Under the pieces are notes generated by a model. That model saw only the letters and a program-made list of their open reading frames with translations, was not told the origin of the DNA and did no database searches. A stretch of DNA of 32,965 nucleotides, taken from the NCBI GenBank assembly GCA_043803685.1, contig JAZDJU010000054.1:1-32965 (forward strand), in the 5' to 3' direction. Numbering within the stretch: position 1 is the first letter of the stretch; every line of letters begins with the position of its first letter. The stretch is from Candidatus Omnitrophota bacterium (GTDB taxonomy: Bacteria > Omnitrophota > Omnitrophia > Omnitrophales > Aquincolibacteriaceae). This document shows, piece after piece, positions 19,080-28,478 of the stretch. Position numbers and translations under genes: made by a program.

Positions 19080-22076
19080 CTATTTTTTAAAACGTTCTTT
19101 TTCCTTGGTAAGAAAATCGTGACGCACGGCCAGTTCCGAAAGACGCTTTTCGATACGAGCCTTCTCCGTTTCAAGGTCTTGCTGCATCGCCTTGGAAGTA
19201 ACGGTTGGGATGACCTTATCGGTCTCCTGGATCCGTTTCTCGAGAATGGATATTTCCTGCTGCTCAATCCCGAGTTCTTCGTCGATCACCCCGGAAAGCT
19301 CAATGCCCACCTTTTTGTACTCGGCATGCCACTTAGCACCTTCAGCGTCTTTGGGAGCGTCCGCCTCAACCGCACTCCCAAGCGCAACGGCCTTCTCTTG
19401 AGCATAAATGCTGTAAGAAATCTCCAGTTGCTCCTGCAAATTCATAACATCCTCACGCAGCTGTCTTTCATCCGGAACTTGCTCCGCCTTCTTCCCGGTG
19501 GCAGCCACTTCTTCAGTCGTGGTAGATTTCGGTAAGGCTTGAGGCGTTTTCTCTTTGATGGCGACCTCCGTAGCCTCCAGTTCAGCCTTAAAACGATCCA
19601 GCTCTCGCGTTTGATTGTCCAACCGATTGAGAAGCACGTCTTTCCTACTCTTTCTGGGAACAACACGACGCGCGCTTTGAACGGCTTCATCGATAAACGC
19701 GTAAGGCACCTTGACGAAAGATGACCGGAACTTGAGCCCCCCCGCGAGGGACGCTTGGGCGTTCAAAACCTCGAGTTGTTTTTCAAATTTGGCTATTTCC
19801 TCCGCCTGAGCCTGGATCATAAGACTTTCAAGCTCGATATCTTGCTGGATCTTCTTCGCCTGAGCGGTCGCTTCCGGCTTTTTCGCTGCTTCCGTCAAAG
19901 TCACATCCTCATTGGGAAGTCCGAAGATAAACGCTTTGGCAAGATAGGCCGGCCCCGTGACCGGCTTGGCGAGAGTCTTCAAAACCCCGCCCTTCTCTTC
20001 CTGTGGGTTCAAGGTCTTGTCCAACTCAACGAGAAGTTTCCCCTTCTTCTTCTGACGGTCTTGAATATCCTCATAACTCTTTCGAATGTTTTTCTCGACA
20101 TTCTTGATCTTCTTTCGAAGAGCACGAGCGTCAACTTCCTTTTCATTCTCGAGAGACTTCATCATGGCTTTTTGTTCCTTCAATGCCAATTCTTTATCAA
20201 AAGCCGTGCTAAGAGTTTCCACGATATCCTGCTGCACCCGAACCTGCTCGTTGAGGTGCATTTTCAGCTCAAGCAATTCTTCGAGACTCTTCCCCCGAAG
20301 ATCGCCTGTCCCAGTCGAGAACGGATTGAAAGCGGCTTGAGAGACCGACTTACTTTCGATCAACGCCTCAAGCTCTTGCTCCGCGGACTTTCCAAAAAAC
20401 TTCTCATAATCGGCCATCTTCGCGTCGAGCTTGGCCTCGAGAGCCTCTATGTCCTTCTCGCGCGCCAAAAGTTTCGGGGCCGTAGATTTGCTGGGATCCT
20501 GCTTCGAGACCCCACGCAGACGCTTCCGCTTCAAGCCGGTCTCTGTGCGTTCCGGAGCCAACAAAGTCTGAAGTTCGCTGTAACGCTTGTAGAGCTTTTC
20601 TTTTTTCTCAAGAAGCTCTTTTTTCTTTCGGGACAACTTGTACAGATCCTTCTCATTCAGTTGCTGGATCTTTTGAACCGGAGTTTCGGATTTCCCAACG
20701 AATGGGATCAAATGCTCCGGGATCAGATTTTCATAGAACTTCTCGTCCGGGATCCCGAGTTCAGAACGCCACGATTCAAGACGCCCCTTCTCTTCGGCTA
20801 AAGCATCCCTCTCAGCCTCGAGAGATTTCTGCCAACGATCGATAGCCTTCTGAAACTCCGGAGATGTGTTGTTCTTAAAACGCTTTTTCTTGCGCTCGAG
20901 CTCTTTGAATTTCTCTTTAAGTTCGCGCTCGCGGCGCTTGAGATCTTGCTTACGGCGATCCAGGCTCTCGACTTTGCTCTTTTCGACCGTCTTGATGCGC
21001 TTTTTCATCTGAGCGATCTCTTTAGCCAGTTGGCCCCGCTCCGCCTTCTGACCCACCCCCAAAGCCTGATATTTCGCCTCTAAATCTTTTAGCTCCTTCT
21101 GCAGCTCTCCAGCCTGAGCGTTAAGATACTTCACAGGTTCTTGCAATGAGTGAAGCTTTTCCGCGGCCTTTTGCCCCCAGTTCGTGTCCGGATAGCGCTT
21201 GGCGGTGTCGGCATAGTAGATCAAGGCACTTGTCACATAGTTGCCTTTTTCGTAATAGAGCCCGATCCGGTAATTCTTTTCGGCATTCAGCTCATCCACT
21301 TCCCGGCTGATCTTCGCGGCTTTTTCAGCATCTTCGGATCCAGGATATCGCTTGATATAGCTTTGGGCCTGACGAGAGGCTTCATCCAACGCGCTCTGAT
21401 CACGTGTTTGACGCGAGGATTTCGCATAAGAAACCTCGGTCATTTGGAGTCGCGCCTGCTGGACGAGCGTGCTTTGCGGGTATTGATCGATCAAAGCTTG
21501 ATAGGCTTCGAGAGAATCGTCCCAATTTCCGGACTTCTGATAAGCCACACCGAGATTAAATTGAGATTTGTCCCCAAAAGCTCCATAGGGAGCTGCCGCA
21601 ACAAGCTTTTGGAACACTTCGATGGCTAAGGGTAACGAAGGTCGGATATCAAGCCCCAAGAGCTTGCCTTTCTTCCCGGAAAGGAACATGACGCCTATCT
21701 GATATTCCCGTTCGATCACCTCTTCAAAACGTTCACTCTGAGGATAGGATTTGATCAGATTTTGATAGGCCTTGTGGGCTTCCACAAAGTCGCCGGTTTC
21801 TTCGTAGATGGTGCCAATACGGTATTGAGATTCGGGGGCTACGAGGGACTTGGGGTACTGTTTGAGGATTATTTTGAACTGCTCGGCAGCCTTTTCAAGC
21901 TTTTTCTCCTTATACAGATCAAGCGCATTATCAAAAACATCATCGGCGCTGCTTCCTGTCTCGGATTCGGTATTTATGAACTTCCCTTGCTCCGGTGACC
22001 AGACCCAGTCCGCGGAAGCAAAAGAGTGCGGGAGGAATAAGAGGACTAAGAAAGCTAAAATTCTCGAGATTTTCAT
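19080..22076 (-). CDS. BamD-like TPR protein with a ~690-aa coiled-coil C-terminal extension
   Basis: Signal peptide, WVWSPEQGK, BamD-type TPRs (YPKS, YPQS, RDQS, AEKNYRIGLYYEK..SALIYY..YPDT.W) in aa 1-~310; the rest is E/K/L/Q-rich heptad sequence. Confidence 0.75.
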   Translation of the reverse strand: MKISRILAFLVLLFLPHSFASADWVWSPEQGKFINTESETGSSADDVFDNALDLYKEKKLEKAAEQFKIILKQYPKSLVAPESQYRIGTIYEETGDFVEAHKAYQNLIKSYPQSERFEEVIEREYQIGVMFLSGKKGKLLGLDIRPSLPLAIEVFQKLVAAAPYGAFGDKSQFNLGVAYQKSGNWDDSLEAYQALIDQYPQSTLVQQARLQMTEVSYAKSSRQTRDQSALDEASRQAQSYIKRYPGSEDAEKAAKISREVDELNAEKNYRIGLYYEKGNYVTSALIYYADTAKRYPDTNWGQKAAEKLHSLQEPVKYLNAQAGELQKELKDLEAKYQALGVGQKAERGQLAKEIAQMKKRIKTVEKSKVESLDRRKQDLKRRERELKEKFKELERKKKRFKNNTSPEFQKAIDRWQKSLEAERDALAEEKGRLESWRSELGIPDEKFYENLIPEHLIPFVGKSETPVQKIQQLNEKDLYKLSRKKKELLEKKEKLYKRYSELQTLLAPERTETGLKRKRLRGVSKQDPSKSTAPKLLAREKDIEALEAKLDAKMADYEKFFGKSAEQELEALIESKSVSQAAFNPFSTGTGDLRGKSLEELLELKMHLNEQVRVQQDIVETLSTAFDKELALKEQKAMMKSLENEKEVDARALRKKIKNVEKNIRKSYEDIQDRQKKKGKLLVELDKTLNPQEEKGGVLKTLAKPVTGPAYLAKAFIFGLPNEDVTLTEAAKKPEATAQAKKIQQDIELESLMIQAQAEEIAKFEKQLEVLNAQASLAGGLKFRSSFVKVPYAFIDEAVQSARRVVPRKSRKDVLLNRLDNQTRELDRFKAELEATEVAIKEKTPQALPKSTTTEEVAATGKKAEQVPDERQLREDVMNLQEQLEISYSIYAQEKAVALGSAVEADAPKDAEGAKWHAEYKKVGIELSGVIDEELGIEQQEISILEKRIQETDKVIPTVTSKAMQQDLETEKARIEKRLSELAVRHDFLTKEKERFKK

Positions 22077-22119
22077 AAGTCGTTTGCACTCTTCGGGTTA
22101 GGAAAATTAGCGAGGCGTT

Positions 22120-22149
22120 ACTATATCATGGGCCAAGAAAAACTGTCAA
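22120..22149 (-). promoter_or_regulatory. Sigma70 promoter for the bamD-like-lptE-holA operon
   Basis: Minus strand TTGACA-N18-TATAGT with an extended TG, 44 bp upstream of the ATG. Confidence 0.65.
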
Positions 22150-22305
22150 TAAAAATGACCTGCCAACTTGACCATTCAACTCATTTATCAATCCTATGGA
22201 TGATTCCAAAGGCCGCATGAATATCCCTGATTACAATTTCAAAGCTCAATACCGTTTCCCATATTCGATATCGAAGATCATAGCCATTTTTCAGGTTACT
22301 CATGC

Positions 22306-23337
22306 TCAACAATGCCTTAAGCCCCCAAGAAGCGCCGGATAGGCCTCGCAGGGGCTCCAACACCCTGGGCACTTCTGCTGCAAAATTTTGCCGCGCCCCG
22401 CTATCAACCCAGGATGCCGCCACAACTTAGCAATATTATTATCGAAATCACGCAAAAGCCCAGCAGGCTCATTAAATATCCCGCAAGGATAGACCCTTCC
22501 TTCGGGATCAATAAAACATGTGGCATTAAATGCCTGACAGGGAATAGGAAATCTGTTGCCCGACAAAAACGACCTCATTTTACCTAAATACTGATTCTCC
22601 AATATGGCCTTTACAAGAGATCCTCGGCGAGACCATGATAAATACTTCATAACGGTACGAGCTTCAAGCCCTTTGTCGGCACCCACATCGCTGTTCTTAT
22701 AATAATGCGCAGAGGTGTGACATAAATTGAAATGAAGGTCCGCAAGCGTGAATGCTGGATAAAACCTATAGATATCACTCAACATTTCTTCCACATGGAA
22801 CAGATTTTGATTCGAAAGCGTACAACTCAGATAATAATGCCCCCGAGGGTTGTCTGTTTTCAACCGTTTAAAAGCATCCAAACTCTTCACGAAAGATCCA
22901 TTCATTCCGCGCAAGGAATCATTCATCGCCACAGAACCATCGACGCTAACATTGATCACTGGAATACAACCCGAACGCAAAACCTCGCGTGCCATCAACG
23001 CCACAACATCGGGTCGCTGACCATTGGTCGAAATGTGAAACAGGATAAGCTTTGAAGAACTACGGGCTATCACACGAATGACTTCTAGGATATCCTCTCG
23101 TAAAGTCAGCTCACCCCCCGTCAAATCCAGCCATGCCAAATTCTTAAAATTTCTAAAAACCTGTTCAATCTCACTCAGGGACATCTCCGGCACCGCGGGC
23201 TGATCCCAAATACGACAAATAGAACATCTCAAATTACAACGATACGTAATGGCAAATGTCGCTTTATAAGGAGATGAAAGCCTTCGGAAATTTGAAGCTA
23301 GGACGCACCTAAATAGATTAACCCACTTGAGCATCAA
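22306..23337 (-). CDS. Radical SAM protein with SPASM/twitch domain
   Basis: CNLRCSIC motif, LTGGE, VSVDG; C-terminal CQ..CFIDPEGRVYPC...CPGCWSPC. Confidence 0.9.
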   Translation of the reverse strand: MMLKWVNLFRCVLASNFRRLSSPYKATFAITYRCNLRCSICRIWDQPAVPEMSLSEIEQVFRNFKNLAWLDLTGGELTLREDILEVIRVIARSSSKLILFHISTNGQRPDVVALMAREVLRSGCIPVINVSVDGSVAMNDSLRGMNGSFVKSLDAFKRLKTDNPRGHYYLSCTLSNQNLFHVEEMLSDIYRFYPAFTLADLHFNLCHTSAHYYKNSDVGADKGLEARTVMKYLSWSRRGSLVKAILENQYLGKMRSFLSGNRFPIPCQAFNATCFIDPEGRVYPCGIFNEPAGLLRDFDNNIAKLWRHPGLIAGRGKILQQKCPGCWSPCEAYPALLGGLRHC

Positions 23338-24496
23338 AAAACCTCTCGGAGATCTTGTCAGCTATCTCACGCGGATCAAAATCAAGACAGCGATAATGAT
23401 ATCGACATTTCCGATTCAAATATCGCACACCCACACAAGGGCTGCAACTGTCTCGCTTATAAAAAACAAGGCTATTTGCGTTCAGAGGACCATATCGATC
23501 CGGGCTCGCGGGTCCATAAAGGACCGAGAGATTAACCCCCAGGCTCGCTGCTAAATGCGCCGGCCCCGTATCATTCGAAATATACACGCGGCATTTTTTC
23601 ATCAGGGCTGCCAACTCTCCAATATTAAAGATACCCGCCGCGTTGATCACCTTATCATTTCGACCGATCGCCTTACGGATCCATTCAACAGCCATGCGAT
23701 CCGCTGATGTCCCCGTTAGCACCACATTCGCACCATGCCTAAGGATCAAATCCCGGGCCAAAAAAACCCACCTATCCCGCAAATATTGTTTCCCTTTAAA
23801 ATTAGAGCTAGTCCCCGGATGAATACCAACAAGATAGTCCCCCTTTAGCTCACGCAATACATCGCAGACATGCTCCACCTCATTCAATGCCGGAGATAGA
23901 GGTTCATAGGCATAATCCGCTTCAATCCCCAAAGGCTTCAAGAGCGCGCTAAACATGGAAGAAATATGATTCCCCGCATCAGGTTTTATAGAATAAGCGT
24001 AAAAAGAATCGTTCAAATCAAAGCTAAAACCCACGCAGAATGGAATTCTTAAAAAATGCGCGAAGACAATCGATGTGGAATTATACATTTCAAAATTGAT
24101 CCCTACATCAAACCGTTCCCGATTCAAATCCTTTATAAGGGAAAGTGTCTGACGAATGATCTTTAATAAATCTGTTGTTAACTGAAAATACACAATGCGC
24201 TCAATGTTTTGATTGCGTTCCAGGAATCCACGGTTAGCATCAAACGTAAGAAATGTGATCTTAGCTTGAGGATATCGAGCCTTGATCTTAGCCATGAGCG
24301 GCGTGAGCACGATCAAATTACCCAGCCCCCACAACTTAATGCACAGTATTTTCTTTATTTCCCGGTTCATCTCCCGCTTTTTCCCAGAAGTGATCCTTAT
24401 GAAAAAAGAAAATACAACCCCTAAAGACCTATCTAATATCCTTAAAAGATCGAACACAGGCCTGCCTTTTCTTATAACCATCCATCCCTGAGCCAT
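23318..24496 (-). CDS. Glycosyltransferase family 9 (ADP-heptose:LPS heptosyltransferase-like)
   Basis: GLGNLI..TP, IHPG, SNDTGPAHLAASLG, LYGP, CSPC. Confidence 0.9.
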   Translation of the reverse strand: MAQGWMVIRKGRPVFDLLRILDRSLGVVFSFFIRITSGKKREMNREIKKILCIKLWGLGNLIVLTPLMAKIKARYPQAKITFLTFDANRGFLERNQNIERIVYFQLTTDLLKIIRQTLSLIKDLNRERFDVGINFEMYNSTSIVFAHFLRIPFCVGFSFDLNDSFYAYSIKPDAGNHISSMFSALLKPLGIEADYAYEPLSPALNEVEHVCDVLRELKGDYLVGIHPGTSSNFKGKQYLRDRWVFLARDLILRHGANVVLTGTSADRMAVEWIRKAIGRNDKVINAAGIFNIGELAALMKKCRVYISNDTGPAHLAASLGVNLSVLYGPASPDRYGPLNANSLVFYKRDSCSPCVGVRYLNRKCRYHYRCLDFDPREIADKISERFFDAQVG

Positions 24497-24686
24497 GGCT
24501 CAGAAGATTTTAGATGCTTTTTCCTATCGATCCTTACTGAGAGATCGAAAATATGGGGATTTTCCGCAAGGAAATAAATACTGTCGGCAATAATAACATA
24601 AACCAATGCAGACGCAGAACACCGTATATAACAATCGAGCCATCCGCGACCTCGATGGAAACAATTTGATGAACATTAAAAACAGC

Positions 24687-26250
24687 TTAAGAATATGCAA
24701 AAAAACCCATAGGCCCCTTCAAGAAGGATGACAACTCTAATCGAGAGCCTCGGCTCCTGAAACTTAGCGCGCCAACACTCTTCAGATCAAGGGCCGGGAT
24801 TCGCTGAGCTTCCAGATAAGCCATAAATTCTGGATTTATATCGGGCAAAACGACGAGCGACGGTCGGGCGAGTTCCAGCCATTCTTGAAATTCCACAGGG
24901 ATCGTGCGTTTGAGAACGGGTAAATAAACTGCATGGACCTCCTCCAAGTCCGCAGGATGCCGGAGAAGTTCTGAAAATAGTTCTGGATCCCAATGAGAAA
25001 TGAAAAGGATCCGCCACGAGCCCGACTCGACTCTCAGGACAGTCCCTCGTTGTGATGCCGCAAGCACCCGTATTCTTTCCTTCCCCATCACGATGGCATC
25101 TCCCCGCTGAAAGGTCCTGGTTTGGCGTCCGCGTGAGCGAATAGCGCGACGGAACTCCTCCGACCCGTATGGGAATGCGGCGGGATACAGCAGATAATGA
25201 ACCGGAAAATCCCGCAAGAGTGACGCAATTCCACCTGTATTCCTTTTGGAAAGGTCGGAAAAAAGTATCCCCTCCAAACGCTGGATGCCTTGGCGCCTCA
25301 AGAAAGGAGCCACCAGCCATTCCCCCTGATCTGAGGGAAACCCTCTCCCCGTATTCAAAAGCCAGTGCGTTCCATTGGAGAAATTCGAGTGCACGATCTG
25401 GTTCCTGCCGCTCGCAAGCAAAGTAAGCTCAAATTCCTTTTTTCCGGACTGGATAAAAAATGAACCCAGGCAAAAGATCCAACACCCCACAAAACAAGCC
25501 ATGAGATAGCGTTTTCCGTAAAAGGCCCTTTTATAGAGAAACAAGATCATGGCCACGCATGTGTAATAGCCCACTAGCTGGCCAAACGAGGGCCGCTCCA
25601 GGAACCAATACCCCCACCTCCATGTCGAAAGGGATTGGACCCAAAAAAGTCCCACCCCAAGGATCCAGGACGATCCTTTGACCCAAAGGACACTCAGGAA
25701 TGGTACTCCACTAAAAATGAGGGTAAAAAGAGCGCTGAAAAGCGCGGCGTCAAAAACCGGAATCGCCACCAGGTTCGCAAGGAGACTGATTGGAGAGAAA
25801 ATGTTGAAGTGATACAGAACCACAGGGAACGTCCCGAAAAGCACCGCAAAACTAGAGCCGAGAGATAAAGTCCGGATATTCCAACGCGAAAATACCGGGA
25901 TCGCCAGGATGAGTGAAAAAACAGAAAGAAAGGAAAGCTGAAATCCGATATTCCAAAGGCTTTTGGGATTACAAAGAAGGATCACAAAAAAAGCGAGGCA
26001 AAGCGCATTCAAAAGACTGGCGGGCCGTCCCACGAGGATCCCCACTAGCACCAGGATCGCAGCGTATCCGGCTCGCTGGACCGGAAGGCCGGCTCCCGCA
26101 AGCCCCACGTAGATGACCACAATCAGGATCGTCAAAAACGAGGTTCCTCGATGTCCGATCCCTGCAAGAAGGAACATCATGTAAAAACTTCCGGCGATCA
26201 TGGTGATGTTGAGCCCGCTGATCGCAAGCAAATGGATCGTTCCGACGGCG
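24687..26250 (-). pseudogene. comEC: 3' part of comEC/Rec2 competence gene, interrupted by the integrated element
   Basis: GTIHLLAISGLN, P.QRA, GFQLSFLSV and ANLVAIP Competence-domain motifs plus an MBL-like domain. The N-terminal TM/OB region is absent; the recombinase gene lies there instead. Confidence 0.85.
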
Positions 26251-27907
26251 ACAGGGAAACAACATTTGAATTTCCCTTTGGCAATACAGTTGATGTTGTT
26301 TCGTGGCCGCGTCGGCAAGGATGGGACCCTTCCGATGGTGGAGCGGAAACAACATTGGAGGTTTCATCAGAAAAACGCAGTTCTGATGTAGGGATAGTGC
26401 AGTAAACATCCACCGCGCCACTAACTTTTGCAATAACTCGCGTATTTAAAAGATGCAGAATTCTTTTCTTCGAATCAAAAGCATTGGTATTCAACCCTTT
26501 CTTTATTTGCGCGACATAGTCAATGGCCTTTTCGACCTGGGCACTATCCCCCTTCGTAAAAAGGCTTACAGCTTCATCCCTTCCCAAGGAAAGCGTGACC
26601 GTCTCCGCTTTGATTTTGGCCATCTGGCTTTTAAATTGTTCGATGCTGATAATTTCCTGGCGATAAGCTTCCAACATCCGGAATTCCTCCTTACCCAACA
26701 CCTTCAACCGGGCTTCTATCTTGGCGAGCTCTTGCTGGGAATTCTTAACCTGTTCCGGATCACGTTTGTTTTGCTGCTTCACGATATTTTCGATCAGTTT
26801 CGGATTTTCCAAGAGACTCTCAATCTCTTTCCAGACAACAGAATCAACGGATCCCGCCTGCATATAGCGCAAGTTACACTTAACCGTTTTCTTATAGATG
26901 TTTTTCGTAAAATGCGTGCATCGGTAATAGAGATTAAAGTAAGGGCCATAGACCCTCCCATTTTTTTTAAAACGCTGGCGGTCTGCGGTCCCCGCGATCG
27001 TATTGCCGCAATCACCGCATTTGGTAAGGCCCTGAAGGAGATACTGGTATTTCACATTCCTTGCGGTGTAGTTCCTGCGCTCGGTAAGCAGATATTGCGC
27101 TTGCTGGAAAATGCTTTCTGAAACAATGGCCGGGACACTAACTTCGATCCACTCCTCTTGAGGCTTGCGCTTCCCCTTCCGGCCATATCTATTCGCGTAC
27201 CATTTCCCTATATAGATAGGATCACGAATAATGTCATGAATGGCATCGCCTTTCCATTCAACGTTTTCTCTGGATTTGTAACCAAGCTTGGTAAGTCTCT
27301 TCGCTACGCGAACAAGCGAGCCCTCGGGTTCGCAGTACCATTTAAAAGCAAGCTTTACGATCTCTGCCTCCTCGGGACAGATTTCAAGGTGCCTCCGATC
27401 TTCCGTACACTTGAAACCGTATTTGGTTGGGTTTGCTCCAGAGTAGTAGCCCTCTTTAGCCCGTCTCATTCTGCCCATACTGGAACGTTCCATAAACGTG
27501 TCTCTTTCCAGCTGAGCGAGAGACCCAAATAGTGAAAGGATGAACTTGCCGAGGTGATTGGATGTGTCAAAGGGTTCGGTAATGGATTTAATCCCCACAC
27601 CAAAGTGCTCCAGCTCTTCGGTCACCGTAAGCAAGGCGCGGTTGTTTCGAAAGAAGCGATCCAGCCGATGGACCAAAATGAGATTAAATTCTAAATTCTT
27701 TGCGTCTTGTAGCATTTTTTGGAATGCGGGCCGATCAAGGACTGTTCCAGAATACCCGGCGTCAACATACTCGTTAAATACCGCATAGCCATTGTCGGCT
27801 GCGTACTTTCTGAGCATTTCAAGCTGCGCAGGGAGTGAAAAGTTTGAAGCCTGATCTTCCGTCGACACCCTGGCGTATAAAGCGACCTTTTTACCGTTTG
27901 AGATCAT
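26198..27907 (-). CDS. Large serine recombinase (integrase)
   Basis: YARVST catalytic Ser, SG...RP, RLDRFFR, recombinase domain (DPIYIG), Zn ribbon CGDCG...YYRC...C, coiled coil. Confidence 0.96.
   Translation of the reverse strand: MISNGKKVALYARVSTEDQASNFSLPAQLEMLRKYAADNGYAVFNEYVDAGYSGTVLDRPAFQKMLQDAKNLEFNLILVHRLDRFFRNNRALLTVTEELEHFGVGIKSITEPFDTSNHLGKFILSLFGSLAQLERDTFMERSSMGRMRRAKEGYYSGANPTKYGFKCTEDRRHLEICPEEAEIVKLAFKWYCEPEGSLVRVAKRLTKLGYKSRENVEWKGDAIHDIIRDPIYIGKWYANRYGRKGKRKPQEEWIEVSVPAIVSESIFQQAQYLLTERRNYTARNVKYQYLLQGLTKCGDCGNTIAGTADRQRFKKNGRVYGPYFNLYYRCTHFTKNIYKKTVKCNLRYMQAGSVDSVVWKEIESLLENPKLIENIVKQQNKRDPEQVKNSQQELAKIEARLKVLGKEEFRMLEAYRQEIISIEQFKSQMAKIKAETVTLSLGRDEAVSLFTKGDSAQVEKAIDYVAQIKKGLNTNAFDSKKRILHLLNTRVIAKVSGAVDVYCTIPTSELRFSDETSNVVSAPPSEGSHPCRRGHETTSTVLPKGNSNVVSLSPSERSICLRSAGSTSP
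26205..26365. repeat. Putative hybrid att site plus an adjacent attP-like site (three copies of CCGA-N10/9-GAAACAACAT)
   Basis: GAAACAACAT at 26256-26265 and 26346-26355 (90 bp apart, direct) and inverted ATGTTGTTTC at 26293-26302. Confidence 0.6.
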
Positions 27908-27919
27908 AGCATTATCCTT

Positions 27920-28084
27920 TCATAGGTTTTCTAGTGTCTTCTCTTGATACGCTCGGGAAGTTTTTTCGTCCATATCAGCGATTTTGAGCGCCATCACAAA
28001 CATATTTAGCAGCTGCTCGTAACGGACGGGATCATCCTTATATTCCAGGATGAGTTTCGCCTTGATATCCTGAGACTTACGCAA
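27920..28084 (-). CDS. Small hypothetical protein (54 aa) directly upstream of the integrase
   Basis: Manual translation MRKSQDIKAKLILEYKDDPVRYEQLLNMFVMALKIADMDEKTSRAYQEKTLENL; TTG start with RBS AAGGGGAG; below the ORF-track cutoff. Confidence 0.6.
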   Translation of the reverse strand: MRKSQDIKAKLILEYKDDPVRYEQLLNMFVMALKIADMDEKTSRAYQEKTLENL

Positions 28085-28285
28085 GGGTTAACTCCCCTTG
28101 CAAAGCTTTACTCCCGAGATGCTTTCCAAAGGCCGTGCGGTCTTGCGCCATAAATGGACACCCCCCCATGGGAGGCCCGTTTACGACGCATGCATTCACA
28201 CAAAACGAACATTTTTATACTGAAAATATTTTTTTCAGACATCAAGAACTGGTTTACTCCTAGTAAACTATTCTGGTAAAAAAAA

Positions 28286-28456
28286 CTATTTCCGGAACTT
28301 CTCAAGATCCTTCTTATCCATAAACTTGATACCGCTGATCGTAATAAATTTCAATCGGCCTTCCCTAATTGCCTTATGGATTGCTTGTCGCGTTAAACCG
28401 GCTTCCCTGGCGAATCTTGTTATGCACAAGAAATTATCCGTCTCAATCGTCGGCAT
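28286..28456 (-). CDS. Small excisionase-like HTH protein (56 aa)
   Basis: Manual translation MPTIETDNFLCITRFAREAGLTRQAIHKAIREGRLKFITISGIKFMDKKDLEKFRK; winged-HTH pattern of the HTH_17/Xis type. Confidence 0.7.
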   Translation of the reverse strand: MPTIETDNFLCITRFAREAGLTRQAIHKAIREGRLKFITISGIKFMDKKDLEKFRK

Positions 28457-28478
28457 GAGCGTAGTATATATAGAGAGT

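Noticed and set aside
26240..26360. CRISPR-like repeat-spacer array
   Set aside because: Only three degenerate copies, one inverted, and no cas genes; position fits att sites.
28130..28185. Possible oriT (GC-rich hairpin CCCCCCCATGGGAGG)
   Set aside because: No convincing match to a nic consensus I can name, and no relaxase in the window.
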